Shown in pieces: positions 51,067-61,078 of a stretch of 64,000 nucleotides of DNA; the first letter of the stretch is position 1; the number at the start of each line of letters is the position of its first letter. The notes under the pieces were generated by a model that had not been told where the DNA came from, did no database searches, and was given only the letters and a program-made list of their open reading frames with translations. The stretch is from Clostridia bacterium (GTDB taxonomy: Bacteria > Bacillota > Clostridia > UMGS1883 > UMGS1540). The stretch lies in assembly GCA_017436645.1 (NCBI GenBank), contig JAFSCR010000006.1, forward strand, positions 16,887 to 80,886, written 5' to 3'. Both the position numbers and the translations under genes were made by a program.

Positions 51067-51837
51067 ATGCAGTACTCATTTTCAGATTTCGTGGATATTA
51101 TCGCTCGCCTTCGTGGTGAGGGCGGTTGCCCTTGGGATGCGGAGCAGACCCACGAAAGCATTAAGAAAAACTTAATTGAAGAAGCTTACGAAACACTGGA
51201 GGCCATCGACTCCGGAAACGGCGCCAAAATGGCGGACGAACTGGGAGATGTGCTTCTTCAAATCGTATTCCACGCCCAGATCGGGAAAGAGGCAGGCGAA
51301 TTTACCATTGACGATGTCATCACCGCCGTTTCCGAAAAAATGATTCGCCGTCACCCCCACGTATTCGGAGATATTTCCGTTAAAGACAGCGATGAGGTGC
51401 TTGTAAACTGGGAAAAAATTAAAAAGCAGGAAAACGGGCAGAAAAGCACGACAGAATCCATGCTGAGTGTTTCCAGATACCTCCCTGCCTTAATGCGTGC
51501 AGGCAAAGTACAGGGCAAGGCCGCAAAAGTAGGCTTTGACTGGGCAAAACCGGAAGAAGCTTTGGAAAAAGTAAAGGAAGAAACGGAAGAAGTTTCGGAA
51601 GCCCTTAAGAATCATTCAAATATAAAAGAAGAAATCGGCGATTTACTCTTTGCCGCCGTCAATACCGCCCGTCTTGCAGGCATTGATGCGGAGGAAGCCC
51701 TTACGGAAGCTACGGAAAAATTCATCCGCCGCTTTACCTTCGTGGAGGAAAAAGCGCAAAATATGGGCAAATCTTTAGATACTATGAACATAAACGAAAT
51801 GGATGATTTGTGGAATATGTCAAAAATTTCCGAATAA
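51067..51837 (+). CDS. mazG: nucleoside triphosphate pyrophosphohydrolase MazG
   Basis: IARLRGEGGCPWDAEQTHESIKKNLIEEAYE...ELGDVLLQIVFHAQI shows tandem MazG EExxE-type motifs. Confidence 0.85.
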   Translation: MQYSFSDFVDIIARLRGEGGCPWDAEQTHESIKKNLIEEAYETLEAIDSGNGAKMADELGDVLLQIVFHAQIGKEAGEFTIDDVITAVSEKMIRRHPHVFGDISVKDSDEVLVNWEKIKKQENGQKSTTESMLSVSRYLPALMRAGKVQGKAAKVGFDWAKPEEALEKVKEETEEVSEALKNHSNIKEEIGDLLFAAVNTARLAGIDAEEALTEATEKFIRRFTFVEEKAQNMGKSLDTMNINEMDDLWNMSKISE

Positions 51838-51931
51838 AAAGAAAAAAAGAAGGACATTTTTACTAAACATCGAATTTATATATTGTGTTATTTTTTAACA
51901 CAAATATGTTTTTACATGGAGGTTCTCTCTC

Positions 51932-52204
51932 ATGAACAAAAGTGAATTTGTAATGGCAATCGCAGAAAAGGCCGGTATCTCGAAAAAAGATGCTGAAAGT
52001 TTTGTAAACGCTTTCTCTGCAAACATCTCAGGCGCACTCAAAAAGGGTGACAAGGTGCAGCTCATCGGCTTCGGTACGTTTGAAACCCGTACCCGTGCCC
52101 AAAGGGAAGGCATCAATCCCCAGACGAAAAAGAAAATTACCATTCCTGCTTCCAAAACACCCGCATTTAAGGCAGGTAAGGCGCTGAAGGATGCCGTAAA
52201 CTAA
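51932..52204 (+). CDS. hup: DNA-binding protein HU
   Basis: MNKSEFVMAIAEKAGISKKDAE...GFGTFETRTRAQREGINPQTKKKITIPASKTPAFKAGKALKDAV. 90 aa. Confidence 0.9.
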   Translation: MNKSEFVMAIAEKAGISKKDAESFVNAFSANISGALKKGDKVQLIGFGTFETRTRAQREGINPQTKKKITIPASKTPAFKAGKALKDAVN

Positions 52205-52220
52205 CATAAAACAATATAAA

Positions 52221-52252
52221 AACGGAATGCATTCGTGCATTCCGTTTTTTAT
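52221..52252. terminator. bidirectional intrinsic terminator (cggaatgca / tgcattccg stem)
   Basis: aaaacggaatgcattcgtgcattccgtttttt lies between hup (+) and the LysR gene (-). Confidence 0.65.
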
Positions 52253-52253
52253 T

Positions 52254-53102
52254 TTATTTACAGTTATTCTGCAAAAATTTTATAAAGTGTTCCACATTTC
52301 CGTATAAGGCTTCCTTTTTGAAAAATGCAAAAACATCCTGCGTTTCATTAAAATCCGTAACGGTAAGATACCTGCATCCCGGCGAAAGATATGCCCCCGG
52401 GTACTCTCTTGCAAGCCCGATACCAACGCCTGCCTCCACGCATTTGCGGTTACAGGCAAGATCATTGGTCTGCACCACCACATTCGGCACAAATCCTGCT
52501 TTTTCGCAGGCCTGCATAAGTATTTTATGCATACCGTTATTCTCCCCGATGGATACAAACGGCTGATTTTTTAGTTGACGGAGCGTGAGGGTTCTGCCGC
52601 AAAGCGGGCTGTCCTTCGCTGCACGAAGGCGCACTTTGGAGGTAAAAAGCTTTATACTTTCATACGCAGCATATCGTTCGGACGCCTCGTCAATGATAAT
52701 GTCATATGCGCCTATGTCCTTTTCATCAAAATCAAAAACCGTCCTAAATGCCATAGCAGGATGGCGCTCTTTATAATTTATAATCCGATCCGTAATTTCA
52801 CCGCGCATAGCACGGACGAGCATTCTGATTTGCCGTCCGTCCGTACTTTGGGAGGTTATTTTCTCCACCGCCCCATCAATTTCAGCAAAACTTTTTATCA
52901 CAGCGGCTTTAAATACGGCACCTTCGTCAGACAAGGTTATCCGGTTGGCCGTGCGGTGAAAAAGGGGCGTGCCGAGTTCTTTTTCAAGCCGCCTGACGCT
53001 TGCGGAAATGCCGGACGCAGGCACATGGTACTTTTCCGCCACCGCCGCAAAACTTTCGCATTTTGCACTTTCCAAAAAATATCGAAGCTGTAACAGTTCC
53101 AT
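52254..53102 (-). CDS. LysR-family transcriptional regulator
   Basis: MELLQLRYFLESAKCESFAAVAEKYHVPASGISASVRRLEKELG is the LysR HTH. A substrate-binding domain follows. Confidence 0.85.
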   Translation of the reverse strand: MELLQLRYFLESAKCESFAAVAEKYHVPASGISASVRRLEKELGTPLFHRTANRITLSDEGAVFKAAVIKSFAEIDGAVEKITSQSTDGRQIRMLVRAMRGEITDRIINYKERHPAMAFRTVFDFDEKDIGAYDIIIDEASERYAAYESIKLFTSKVRLRAAKDSPLCGRTLTLRQLKNQPFVSIGENNGMHKILMQACEKAGFVPNVVVQTNDLACNRKCVEAGVGIGLAREYPGAYLSPGCRYLTVTDFNETQDVFAFFKKEALYGNVEHFIKFLQNNCK

Positions 53103-53111
53103 ATTCTCGCC

Positions 53112-53765
53112 TCAGTTTTTTTCTTTTAAAGTCAGCAGTTCCGAAAAATTATAAATGTAATAGTCGGTAACCGCTTTGATTTCATCCATGTATTCTTCTG
53201 AAGATTTATCATACACACCGCATACCTTCATTCCTGCCGACTTTGCCGTTTTATCGGCATTGAAGTTGTCATCAAGGAAAAGGATGCTCTCTATGGGCTT
53301 TCCCAATTTTTCTGCCGCCTTCACATAGATTTCCGGATTGGCCTTGCTCATCCCGAAATCATCCGAGGACCATACATTGGTAAAGAAATCATAAAGGCCA
53401 AGGCGCTTAAGGCAGATATCAAGGGTAATATGCGGGCTTGCCGTCAATACGTTCAGGTCCGCCCCGTTTTCCTTCAGCTTACGGAGCACCTCCTTCACAT
53501 TCTCTTTGGCAGGAATGGTATGGGCATATGCATCATAGGCGTAGCGCCCCATTCTTTCCAGAATTTCATCTTCCGATAAGGGAACACCCAGTTTTTTGTA
53601 GTAGGCAACCGTCCCTTTTGTTCCAAGGGGCGTGATGGTTTTAATAATATCGTCGCCGTAACGGATGTGATTATCATCCAGAATTTTCAGCATGGCGTGG
53701 ATATAGGCCGGCATGGAATCCACAAGGGTGCCGTCAAAGTCAAATAAATACGTAGTATACTGCAT
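53112..53765 (-). CDS. HAD-IA family hydrolase (beta-phosphoglucomutase/phosphatase-like)
   Basis: MQYTTYLFDFDGTLVDS (DxDGT motif I), ...LTAS..., and ...K...FLDDN (motif IV). Start chosen at the ATG with an AAGGAGG RBS. Confidence 0.8.
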   Translation of the reverse strand: MQYTTYLFDFDGTLVDSMPAYIHAMLKILDDNHIRYGDDIIKTITPLGTKGTVAYYKKLGVPLSEDEILERMGRYAYDAYAHTIPAKENVKEVLRKLKENGADLNVLTASPHITLDICLKRLGLYDFFTNVWSSDDFGMSKANPEIYVKAAEKLGKPIESILFLDDNFNADKTAKSAGMKVCGVYDKSSEEYMDEIKAVTDYYIYNFSELLTLKEKN

Positions 53766-53809
53766 CCCGGTTTCCTCCTTTTTTTCCAAAATGCCTTCGC
53801 ACATGTCGT

Positions 53810-54685
53810 TTACGCTTCATAAATCTTTACAGGATAAATGTTATTCTCCTCATCATCAACAAGGATAGGCGGATTTCCGCTGTTTATCACAGTTACATCA
53901 TAGTGCTGCGCCGAATCTTCGTTATGAATGGTAAGGTAAATGCCGCCTGATAAGTAGGATGATTCCACTCTCGTCAGAATATGCAGGTCCGCTTTTGCAA
54001 GGTTCTGGAGCCTTAAGACGCGGTCGTTCCCCTCACCTGCCAGAAAAAGGCAGTTTTTGAAAATAAGCGAGGGGGAATTTTCCGGCGTATCAAATCCGTC
54101 TTCATGGGTATAAAAAGCAGAATGCTTATTATCTCCCGTAAACGCAAACGTACAATCTTCAAATTCAAATTTGCACCCCTGGGGCATACCGTTACCGACG
54201 GTATTATTAAAACCCAGCCGCATGCCGTCCTTCTCATCACCCAGTTCATAATGACAGCGAACGTTTTTATAATAGTGCCTTGTATTGGGATAAAGATTAT
54301 GACAGTCGTCATGAATGCAGTATCTTCCGTTTTTGCAGTATATCTCTATGTTTTCTATGTGACATTCGCTTAAAACGTTAAGCGGTGCCCACGTGCGGCT
54401 TTCCCCGTACGTAATTTCCTCTTTGGAAGGCGCAAAGCGAAGTAACACATTGCCTATTCCGATCAGCCTTGTGTTTCCGGGCACAAAAGCATTATAAGGA
54501 AAATAATTGGAAGGACGGACATCATCCGGCGGCGAGGGCATGCCCACTTCTTTATACTCTTTAAAAACATCATACACGCCGGCATCAATAAATATAGTTT
54601 TCTCCGTCTCGTCATTTTTCAGATCCAGAAAAAGTTTTGTTATGCTTTTATATTCCCGTTCCTTCCCCACATAATAAACTTTCAT
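53810..54685 (-). CDS. hypothetical Cys/His-rich protein, possibly a right-handed beta-helix fold
   Basis: 291 aa with a normal composition and periodic short beta-strand-like repeats (IENIEIYCKNGRYCIHDDCHN...). No family was recognised. Confidence 0.45.
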   Translation of the reverse strand: MKVYYVGKEREYKSITKLFLDLKNDETEKTIFIDAGVYDVFKEYKEVGMPSPPDDVRPSNYFPYNAFVPGNTRLIGIGNVLLRFAPSKEEITYGESRTWAPLNVLSECHIENIEIYCKNGRYCIHDDCHNLYPNTRHYYKNVRCHYELGDEKDGMRLGFNNTVGNGMPQGCKFEFEDCTFAFTGDNKHSAFYTHEDGFDTPENSPSLIFKNCLFLAGEGNDRVLRLQNLAKADLHILTRVESSYLSGGIYLTIHNEDSAQHYDVTVINSGNPPILVDDEENNIYPVKIYEA

Positions 54686-54863
54686 TGTTTACACCTCCGA
54701 AACCAAGTAATGAAATTATACCATGTTTACTGCCAAAATGCAACATCTAATCTATCTTCTTACCATATTTTCAAAAATATGGTAAGAAGACTTCAGAATA
54801 TTCTTTACATTGTGCAAAAAGAGGCGTATACTGGAATTAAGATACGAACCGGAGGTAATTTTT

Positions 54864-56000
54864 TTGGATATCAATACATTTATCGAAAAGAACAAAGATC
54901 TGGCCTTTCAGATGATTCGGGAGCTTTGTGCCATTCCCGCCCCATCCGGCTTTGAAGAAAAAAGGGCGGAATACTGCCGCGCCTTTCTTGAAAGCATTGG
55001 TGCCAAAGGCGTTTATATTGATGATGCTTTAAACGTAAACTTTCCTTTAAATTGTGAAGGAAGCAACGAAATTACCGCCATTTGCGCCCATACCGATACG
55101 GTTTTCCCCGACAGAGAACCCCTTCCCTATTGGGAGGATGACGAAAAAATCTACTCACCCGGCGTGGCGGACGATACAGCCAGTGTGGTAGTTCTGCTTC
55201 TCACCGTAAAATTTTTTCTGGAAAACAGCATTGTGCCTGAAAAGGGAATTCTCTTCTCCTGCAATAGCTCTGAAGAGGGTCTTGGCAATTTAAAAGGCAC
55301 GCGGGAACTTTTCCGCACATACGAGGGCAGAATTAAAACATTTATTACCTATGACAGCAATTTAAACTCTATCAGTAATCGCTGTGTAGGCTCCCACCGT
55401 TACCATGTGGAAATAAAGACAGAAGGTGGCCACTCCTTCGGCGCCTTTGGGAAGAAAAATGCCATTGCCTGCCTTGCTGATATTGTTTCCGAAATTTACA
55501 AGCTTCGTGTTCCTGAAAAGGACGGTGCAAAAACCACATATAATGTAGGGGCAATAGAGGGCGGAACCTCCGTAAATACCATTGCCCAAAGTGCATCTAT
55601 GCTTTGTGAGTACCGTTCGGACGACAAGTCCTGCCTTGCCATTATGGAAAAAGCATTCCAGGATATTTTCAGAAGTGCAAATGAACAAGAAAAAGTGGAA
55701 GTTCTGGTCACCCGTGTGGGAGATCGGCCCTGTAGTGCAATTGATGCTTCGCTGATATCAGCCCTGGAAGAAAAGCTTGTTCCCATTATCGAGGAAGAAA
55801 TAGGCGAAAAGGTAGCATTTAAATCCTCATCTACCGACTGCAACATCCCCCTTTCTCTCGGCGTTCCTGCACTTTGCATCGGTACAAACTGCCACGGCGG
55901 CGTACATACAAGGGAAGAATGGCTCCTGAAATCTTCCCTTATGCCGGGGCTTCGGATCAGTATTAAAGCAGCAATGAAGCTTGCGGAGGTGGAAATATGA
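54864..56000 (+). CDS. M20-family metallopeptidase (ArgE/DapE/PepT-like)
   Basis: AHTDTV (His ligand), GVADD (Asp ligand), EEG, plus a dimerisation insert. A TTG at 54864 with a CGGAGGT RBS is preferred over the upstream TTG at 54810. Confidence 0.7.
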   Translation: MDINTFIEKNKDLAFQMIRELCAIPAPSGFEEKRAEYCRAFLESIGAKGVYIDDALNVNFPLNCEGSNEITAICAHTDTVFPDREPLPYWEDDEKIYSPGVADDTASVVVLLLTVKFFLENSIVPEKGILFSCNSSEEGLGNLKGTRELFRTYEGRIKTFITYDSNLNSISNRCVGSHRYHVEIKTEGGHSFGAFGKKNAIACLADIVSEIYKLRVPEKDGAKTTYNVGAIEGGTSVNTIAQSASMLCEYRSDDKSCLAIMEKAFQDIFRSANEQEKVEVLVTRVGDRPCSAIDASLISALEEKLVPIIEEEIGEKVAFKSSSTDCNIPLSLGVPALCIGTNCHGGVHTREEWLLKSSLMPGLRISIKAAMKLAEVEI

Positions 56001-57286
56001 AATTCACAGCAGCAGGCGATGTTATTATCCAGAAAAGAATTTACGAAGGGTACGAAGGCTTTGAAACCATAAAACCTTTTATTATGCAAGGTGACGCCCG
56101 TTTCTTCAATCTCGAAACGACCTTAAACCGCGAGGGGGAAACCTGGGCTTCCCAGCACAGCGGCGGCACCTACATCCGCACAAATCCGGATGTTTTGGAG
56201 GATATGAAAGCCCTCGGCTTTAATATGACTTCATTTAATAATAACCATATGCTTGATTTTTCCTACGGCGGTCTCCTTGCCACCATTAATGCGGTGGAGG
56301 AAAGCGGACTTGTACACGGCGGTGTGGGAAAAAATCTTGGCGAAGCTGCCGCACCCCGATATCTCGAAACGAAAAACGGACGGGTGGCGCTTATTGCCGT
56401 TAACACTTCTTTCCACCCGGCACTGATGGCAGGAAATGCCGCCCCCAGAGTGCCCGGCAGACCCGGCATCAACGGTATGCGGGTGCAAACCCATATTACA
56501 CTCCCCGAAAAGGAACTAAAAGAAATTCGCCGCATTGCACAAATGACAAACATTAATGCTTCCAGAGAAATCACAAGACAGGAAGGCTATCTGCCGCCCC
56601 TTTCCGATTCGGAAGCCGAGCTGGGCGAAATAAAGTTCAGTCTTGGCGAAAAAGCCGAAACCGTATTTAAGATAAATCCTGCCGACATAAAGCGTGTGGA
56701 AGAAGCGATTTACGAAGCAAAACTGCAGGCAGATTACATTCTCATCTCCCTCCACTCCCACCAGATTACAGGGAAGGCAAAGGAGAATGTTCCTGCATTT
56801 TTAAGAGATTTTGCCCATAAGCTGATTGATATGGGTGCCCACGCCATTGTAGGGCACGGTCCCCATCTCCTCCGCCCCATAGAAGTGTATAAAGAATGCC
56901 CCATTTTCTACTCCCTCGGTGATTTTATCCTGCAACTTTACAGCATTGATTTCGCCCCTGCTGACTTTTTTGAAAAGCACGGTCTCGATGCTTCCTGCAC
57001 GGTTCACGACCTTCTCAAAAAGCGGTCAGAGAATTTCACCGTCGGTCTTATGGAAGACCCCAGAATGTACCGCGCCGTTATCCCCTACTGGGAAACGGAA
57101 GGCACACGCCTTAAAAAGCTTTGCCTGATGCCTGTAGAAGGGAAAATGAACGGCAACAAATCCGAAGAGGGCCTTCCCTTCCGCGGTGCTGAAAAAGAAA
57201 TTTTCGAGTACATCTCCGAAATGAGTAAACCCTATGGAACAAAAATGCGCCTTACGGACGATGGAATTATTGAATGCAGCTGGTAA
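55997..57286 (+). CDS. CapA/PGA_cap-family metallophosphatase-like protein
   Basis: MKFTAAGDVII...ARFFNLETTL......FNMTSFNNNHMLDF...HGGVG...LISLHSHQ...AIVGHGPH matches the CapA family. The ATG overlaps the M20 stop codon (ATGA). Confidence 0.75.
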   Translation: MKFTAAGDVIIQKRIYEGYEGFETIKPFIMQGDARFFNLETTLNREGETWASQHSGGTYIRTNPDVLEDMKALGFNMTSFNNNHMLDFSYGGLLATINAVEESGLVHGGVGKNLGEAAAPRYLETKNGRVALIAVNTSFHPALMAGNAAPRVPGRPGINGMRVQTHITLPEKELKEIRRIAQMTNINASREITRQEGYLPPLSDSEAELGEIKFSLGEKAETVFKINPADIKRVEEAIYEAKLQADYILISLHSHQITGKAKENVPAFLRDFAHKLIDMGAHAIVGHGPHLLRPIEVYKECPIFYSLGDFILQLYSIDFAPADFFEKHGLDASCTVHDLLKKRSENFTVGLMEDPRMYRAVIPYWETEGTRLKKLCLMPVEGKMNGNKSEEGLPFRGAEKEIFEYISEMSKPYGTKMRLTDDGIIECSW

Positions 57287-57300
57287 TAAACACGCCGAAA

Positions 57301-57331
57301 AAGAACGTGTAAAAAAACACGTTCTTTTTTT
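57301..57331 (+). terminator. intrinsic terminator after the CapA gene (gaacgtg / cacgttc stem plus a T7 run)
   Basis: aagaacgtgtaaaaaaacacgttcttttttt. Confidence 0.6.
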
Positions 57332-57424
57332 ATGTCCACGTCACAAACTGACATATTTTTCTTTTTCCTTTTGGTATACTGGAAGAAAAAGGTTACGAAA
57401 GGAAGTTTTACTTTGGAAATCCGT

Positions 57425-59719
57425 ATGCAAAAGGGCATGTACGCCCCGCATTCAGCACAGAAAAGAAATCCGGGAGGGCGCATCTTATTTTATATTCTCG
57501 CCTTTTTTCTTTCGGAAAGCGCACTTTTCGGAGAAATTCTGCCCTTTGGCATTGCCCTTTTTGCGGCGCAGTACATATCTTCTCCTCCTTATCTTTTGGG
57601 GTTTATCGTCATTGTATCTTCCTTCATTCCGCTTTGTTTGCCCGGTGTCGTCCTGAAATATGCGCTCAGCATCGTTCTGTTTTCTGTTCTGGCCTCCAAA
57701 AAGGGACAAGCCTTTACCAAAACGCCCCTTCGCCGTGGAGCGCTTATGGGTGGCAGTGTATTTGTCAGCGGTCTTTTTCTTCTCCTTGGCGGGCAGATTC
57801 TGATTTATGACTGCTTTGTTTTATTTTTGGAAGCCGGCATTACTTGGATTTTTACCATTCTTTTTGCCTCTGCCACACAGGCGATGACAAGAGATGCACG
57901 CTTTTCGGCACCCCTTGACATCCTTTCCGTTTCCGCACTTTGCGGCACCTGTGTTTTAGGGCTTTCTTCCTTTTTCTCCTTGTATGGCCTTTATGTCACC
58001 GTTCCTTTTTCTGTTCTCTGTGTTCTTCTGCTGACCCATGAGAGCGGCATCACCTTCGGTGCAATCGCCGGCATAACCCTAGGTCTTTTTGCAACGCTTG
58101 ACAGTGGTGACCCCGTTCTCGGCGCATTTGCCGCTGCCGGTATGGCCGCAGGTTACTTTTCAAAATACGGACGTGGTGGTGCCGTGGCAGCATTTATCGC
58201 GTCTTACACCGCCGTTTCCTACTATGTGGGCGGCAGCACGGAAACATCGCTCCGCCTTTATGAAATTGCGGCACCCGCCCTTATATATCTTGCCATTCCG
58301 GCAGGACTTTTAGGAAAGCTTTCAAAAAGCTTTGATGATTTGCATGGAGGTGACCTGCGCTCTTCTTCCCTTCTATCCGAAGATCTCCGAGAAAAGGCAG
58401 ATGCCTTTACCTTTCTATCCGAAACATTTACGGAAATCTCAGAAAACCGATACCGTCAGTTCAGCATGGCCGCCGCCGCATTTTTCGAAAAGGGTGCTCG
58501 GCGTGCCTGCGAGGGCTGTCCACTTCTTGCATCTTGCTGGAAAAAGGAATTTCACCGCACCTATGCCGCTTTTTTCGTTATGCTTGAAATCTGCAAGAAA
58601 AACGGATTCCTTTCCCGGGAGGATATTCCCGTTTCTCTGGCGGAAAAATGTGTCCGCCGTACAATGCTTGCCGACCGTTTAAATGCCCAGTACGAAATTT
58701 ACAAGGTGGACAGGCTCTGGGAAGCAAGAATGCAGGAATGCAGAAGGCTCCTTTCCCGCCAGCTTTCCGCCGTGGCGCATATTCTTTCCGTTATGGAAAG
58801 AAACATAAAGAACAGTTCTGTGGAAAATTCCGCTTTATCTGCACTTTTAAATGCACAGCTTACAGAATCGGGCATTTCCGTTTTTCGTGTTTCCGTTACA
58901 GAAAAAAAGCGTGGAACACCGTTTGTTGTTCTCTCTGCACCGGCCGATACTCCCGGTCAAAAGCTCATTCCCATTATTTCAGACGTTATTGGAAAACCCA
59001 TGCACCTTCTTTCTGCCCACGGCGGCAGATTTTCGTTTGCGCCCTCATACCGTGTGCACCTTCGCACCTGGGGCGAAACCGTCCCGAAAAATAACAGTCC
59101 CAAAAGCGGGGACTGTTTTGAGGATTTGTATCTTGAAAACGGCTGTCAGCTTCTTATGCTGAGTGACGGCATGGGCAGCGGCGAAAAGGCACATTTGGAA
59201 TCCAGTTCCGCTCTGCGAATGCTCCGTGCCCTCTTTTCTGCCGGCTTTGATACCGACACGGCGCTTGGTCTTGTCAATTCCCTTCTCGTTTTAAAATCTG
59301 CCGAAGATTCTTTTGCCACCGTTGACCTTTTCTCCCTGAACACGGGCACGCTGAAAGGAGAATTTATGAAGGTGGGGGCAGCTGCAAGCTTTGTAAAGCG
59401 TGGCAACGCCGTCCGCACCTTTTCGGCAGACTCCCTCCCCGCCGGCATTCTTCCCTCCCACGATGCAGCACGGCTTTCCGTGGACATAGAACCCGGCGAT
59501 ATGATTATCATGCTGAGTGACGGCGTTTTTGACCCTATGCAAAAAGCGCAGGACACGCTATGGGTTGAAGCAATCATCCGTGCATACGAAGGCGATGACC
59601 CCCGTGCCCTCGGCCGCACCATTTTAGATAAAGCCAGAGAACTATGTCGGGGACAGGTTGGAGATGACATGACCGTTCTTTGTGCCACCGTTTGCAAAAA
59701 CGAAGATTTTGTTGCATAG
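57425..59719 (+). CDS. spoIIE: stage II sporulation protein E (membrane PP2C-type phosphatase)
   Basis: About 10 N-terminal TM helices, a central regulatory region and a C-terminal PP2C domain (GDCFEDLYLENGCQLLMLSDGMGSGEKAHLES...LSDGVFD). The ATG at 57425 is chosen over the longer ORF from 57332. Confidence 0.85.
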   Translation: MQKGMYAPHSAQKRNPGGRILFYILAFFLSESALFGEILPFGIALFAAQYISSPPYLLGFIVIVSSFIPLCLPGVVLKYALSIVLFSVLASKKGQAFTKTPLRRGALMGGSVFVSGLFLLLGGQILIYDCFVLFLEAGITWIFTILFASATQAMTRDARFSAPLDILSVSALCGTCVLGLSSFFSLYGLYVTVPFSVLCVLLLTHESGITFGAIAGITLGLFATLDSGDPVLGAFAAAGMAAGYFSKYGRGGAVAAFIASYTAVSYYVGGSTETSLRLYEIAAPALIYLAIPAGLLGKLSKSFDDLHGGDLRSSSLLSEDLREKADAFTFLSETFTEISENRYRQFSMAAAAFFEKGARRACEGCPLLASCWKKEFHRTYAAFFVMLEICKKNGFLSREDIPVSLAEKCVRRTMLADRLNAQYEIYKVDRLWEARMQECRRLLSRQLSAVAHILSVMERNIKNSSVENSALSALLNAQLTESGISVFRVSVTEKKRGTPFVVLSAPADTPGQKLIPIISDVIGKPMHLLSAHGGRFSFAPSYRVHLRTWGETVPKNNSPKSGDCFEDLYLENGCQLLMLSDGMGSGEKAHLESSSALRMLRALFSAGFDTDTALGLVNSLLVLKSAEDSFATVDLFSLNTGTLKGEFMKVGAAASFVKRGNAVRTFSADSLPAGILPSHDAARLSVDIEPGDMIIMLSDGVFDPMQKAQDTLWVEAIIRAYEGDDPRALGRTILDKARELCRGQVGDDMTVLCATVCKNEDFVA

Positions 59720-59770
59720 CACCATGACATTTGGGACAAACTACCAGTAAACACGCCGGAGGTTTCTTTT

Positions 59771-60025
59771 ATGAGAACAAAAAAAGTATTTGTGGTCAAA
59801 AATTTTAAATCCCCGTATATCGAACAGGCGATTTTCATTCTTCGTGAAGATACGCCTTCTGATGCCGCATTGCCGGATGCCGTTTCCGAGGCCGAGCGGA
59901 TTGTGACGGGGTATCTGGAAAGTATGGACTGTCCCCGTCCGCCAAAGAAAAGGCAGGGGGGAAAATTATTGGTCGGCCTTCTGGGCGTCATTTCCATGCT
60001 GGGATTGTTGGTGTTACTTTTCTGA
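59771..60025 (+). CDS. small hypothetical protein with a C-terminal TM helix
   Basis: 84 aa, with a GGAGG RBS. The C-terminus KLLVGLLGVISMLGLLVLLF is hydrophobic. Confidence 0.4.
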   Translation: MRTKKVFVVKNFKSPYIEQAIFILREDTPSDAALPDAVSEAERIVTGYLESMDCPRPPKKRQGGKLLVGLLGVISMLGLLVLLF

Positions 60026-60036
60026 TTATTAAAAAA

Positions 60037-60059
60037 GGGACTCTAAAGAGTCCCTTTTT
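60037..60059. terminator. bidirectional intrinsic terminator (gggactct / agagtccc)
   Basis: aaaaaagggactctaaagagtcccttttt. Confidence 0.55.
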
Positions 60060-60062
60060 GAT

Positions 60063-60932
60063 TTATTCACATCGGCTTAAGAGAAGCACCGAGCCGAGAA
60101 CGCACACAAATCCGATTGCACCGAAAATGCCGGGCCATTCCCCGAAAATAACGAGGCCATAAAGCGTTGCCGCCACAGGCTCCATAATTCCGAGGGAAGA
60201 TGCAATCCCTGCGGAAAGCTTTTCCATGGCTTTCGTATAGAAGAAATACGGAAGAAGGCAGGTTACAATGCCAAGCCCGAGCACAAGGGGCAACGTTCCC
60301 ACAGGGTTCCCCGTCACATTTTCCACAATGCCCGGTACATTCCCAAGTATAACCGCCGCCACCGTCATAAAAATAAAGCAGTAAAGCGAAGTGGTAATGG
60401 GGTTATTCTTTTGCCGCATCTGAATTTTGGCAAGAATGTTATAAATGCTGTATGTAATACCGGAAAGGGCGCCGAAGAAAATGCCTTTTGCATTAAACTG
60501 GGCATCCCCCACAATGCCGGAAATGAGGGCGCATCCGATAAGCATTCCAAAAAGGGCCACACCTTTTGCAGGGGTAAACCGTTCCCCTAAAAAGAGGACG
60601 GAATAAATCATAACGAAAACGGGGGCCGTATACATGAGTACCACCGCCGTGGCAATGGACGACTCCTGCATGGACATATAGTAGAAAAGCGCCGTCATAT
60701 ACATGGAAACCCCGCCGCCGATAAAAAGGAGAAGGGCCCGCGGGTTTGTTTTAAAGAGAGATTTATCCTTAAAGAAAACATACCCTGCCATCCCGAGGGA
60801 GGATATTATGGCTCGCATTGCCGTCATCTGCAGGCTGGAAAAGCCGAGGGGCGTCAAGAACCTAACGAAAATCCCCGATGTGCCCCATAAAAGACTGGCT
60901 ATTGTAACATATAATAAACCTTTTTTATTCAT
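60063..60932 (-). CDS. EamA/DMT-family transporter
   Basis: 10 TM helices. The N-terminus LLYVTIASLLWGTSGIFVRFL is typical of EamA proteins. Confidence 0.8.
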   Translation of the reverse strand: MNKKGLLYVTIASLLWGTSGIFVRFLTPLGFSSLQMTAMRAIISSLGMAGYVFFKDKSLFKTNPRALLLFIGGGVSMYMTALFYYMSMQESSIATAVVLMYTAPVFVMIYSVLFLGERFTPAKGVALFGMLIGCALISGIVGDAQFNAKGIFFGALSGITYSIYNILAKIQMRQKNNPITTSLYCFIFMTVAAVILGNVPGIVENVTGNPVGTLPLVLGLGIVTCLLPYFFYTKAMEKLSAGIASSLGIMEPVAATLYGLVIFGEWPGIFGAIGFVCVLGSVLLLSRCE

Positions 60933-61078
60933 AGCATTACTTCCTCTGAAAAAACGATAGTTCCATTATAACAGAAAATGGCGAAAAGTCAAGATTTATT
61001 CCGCCGTTTTTCTTGACAGGTTTTTCCCCGTTTGCTATAATGTAAACAACATATTTTATGCAAAAAGGAGCGATTATC

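Noticed and set aside
57332-57424. An upstream start for spoIIE (MSTSQTDIFFFF...).
   Set aside because: The extension overlaps the predicted promoter (57348-57380) and has a low-complexity Phe-rich sequence. The ATG at 57425 is preferred, though still uncertain.
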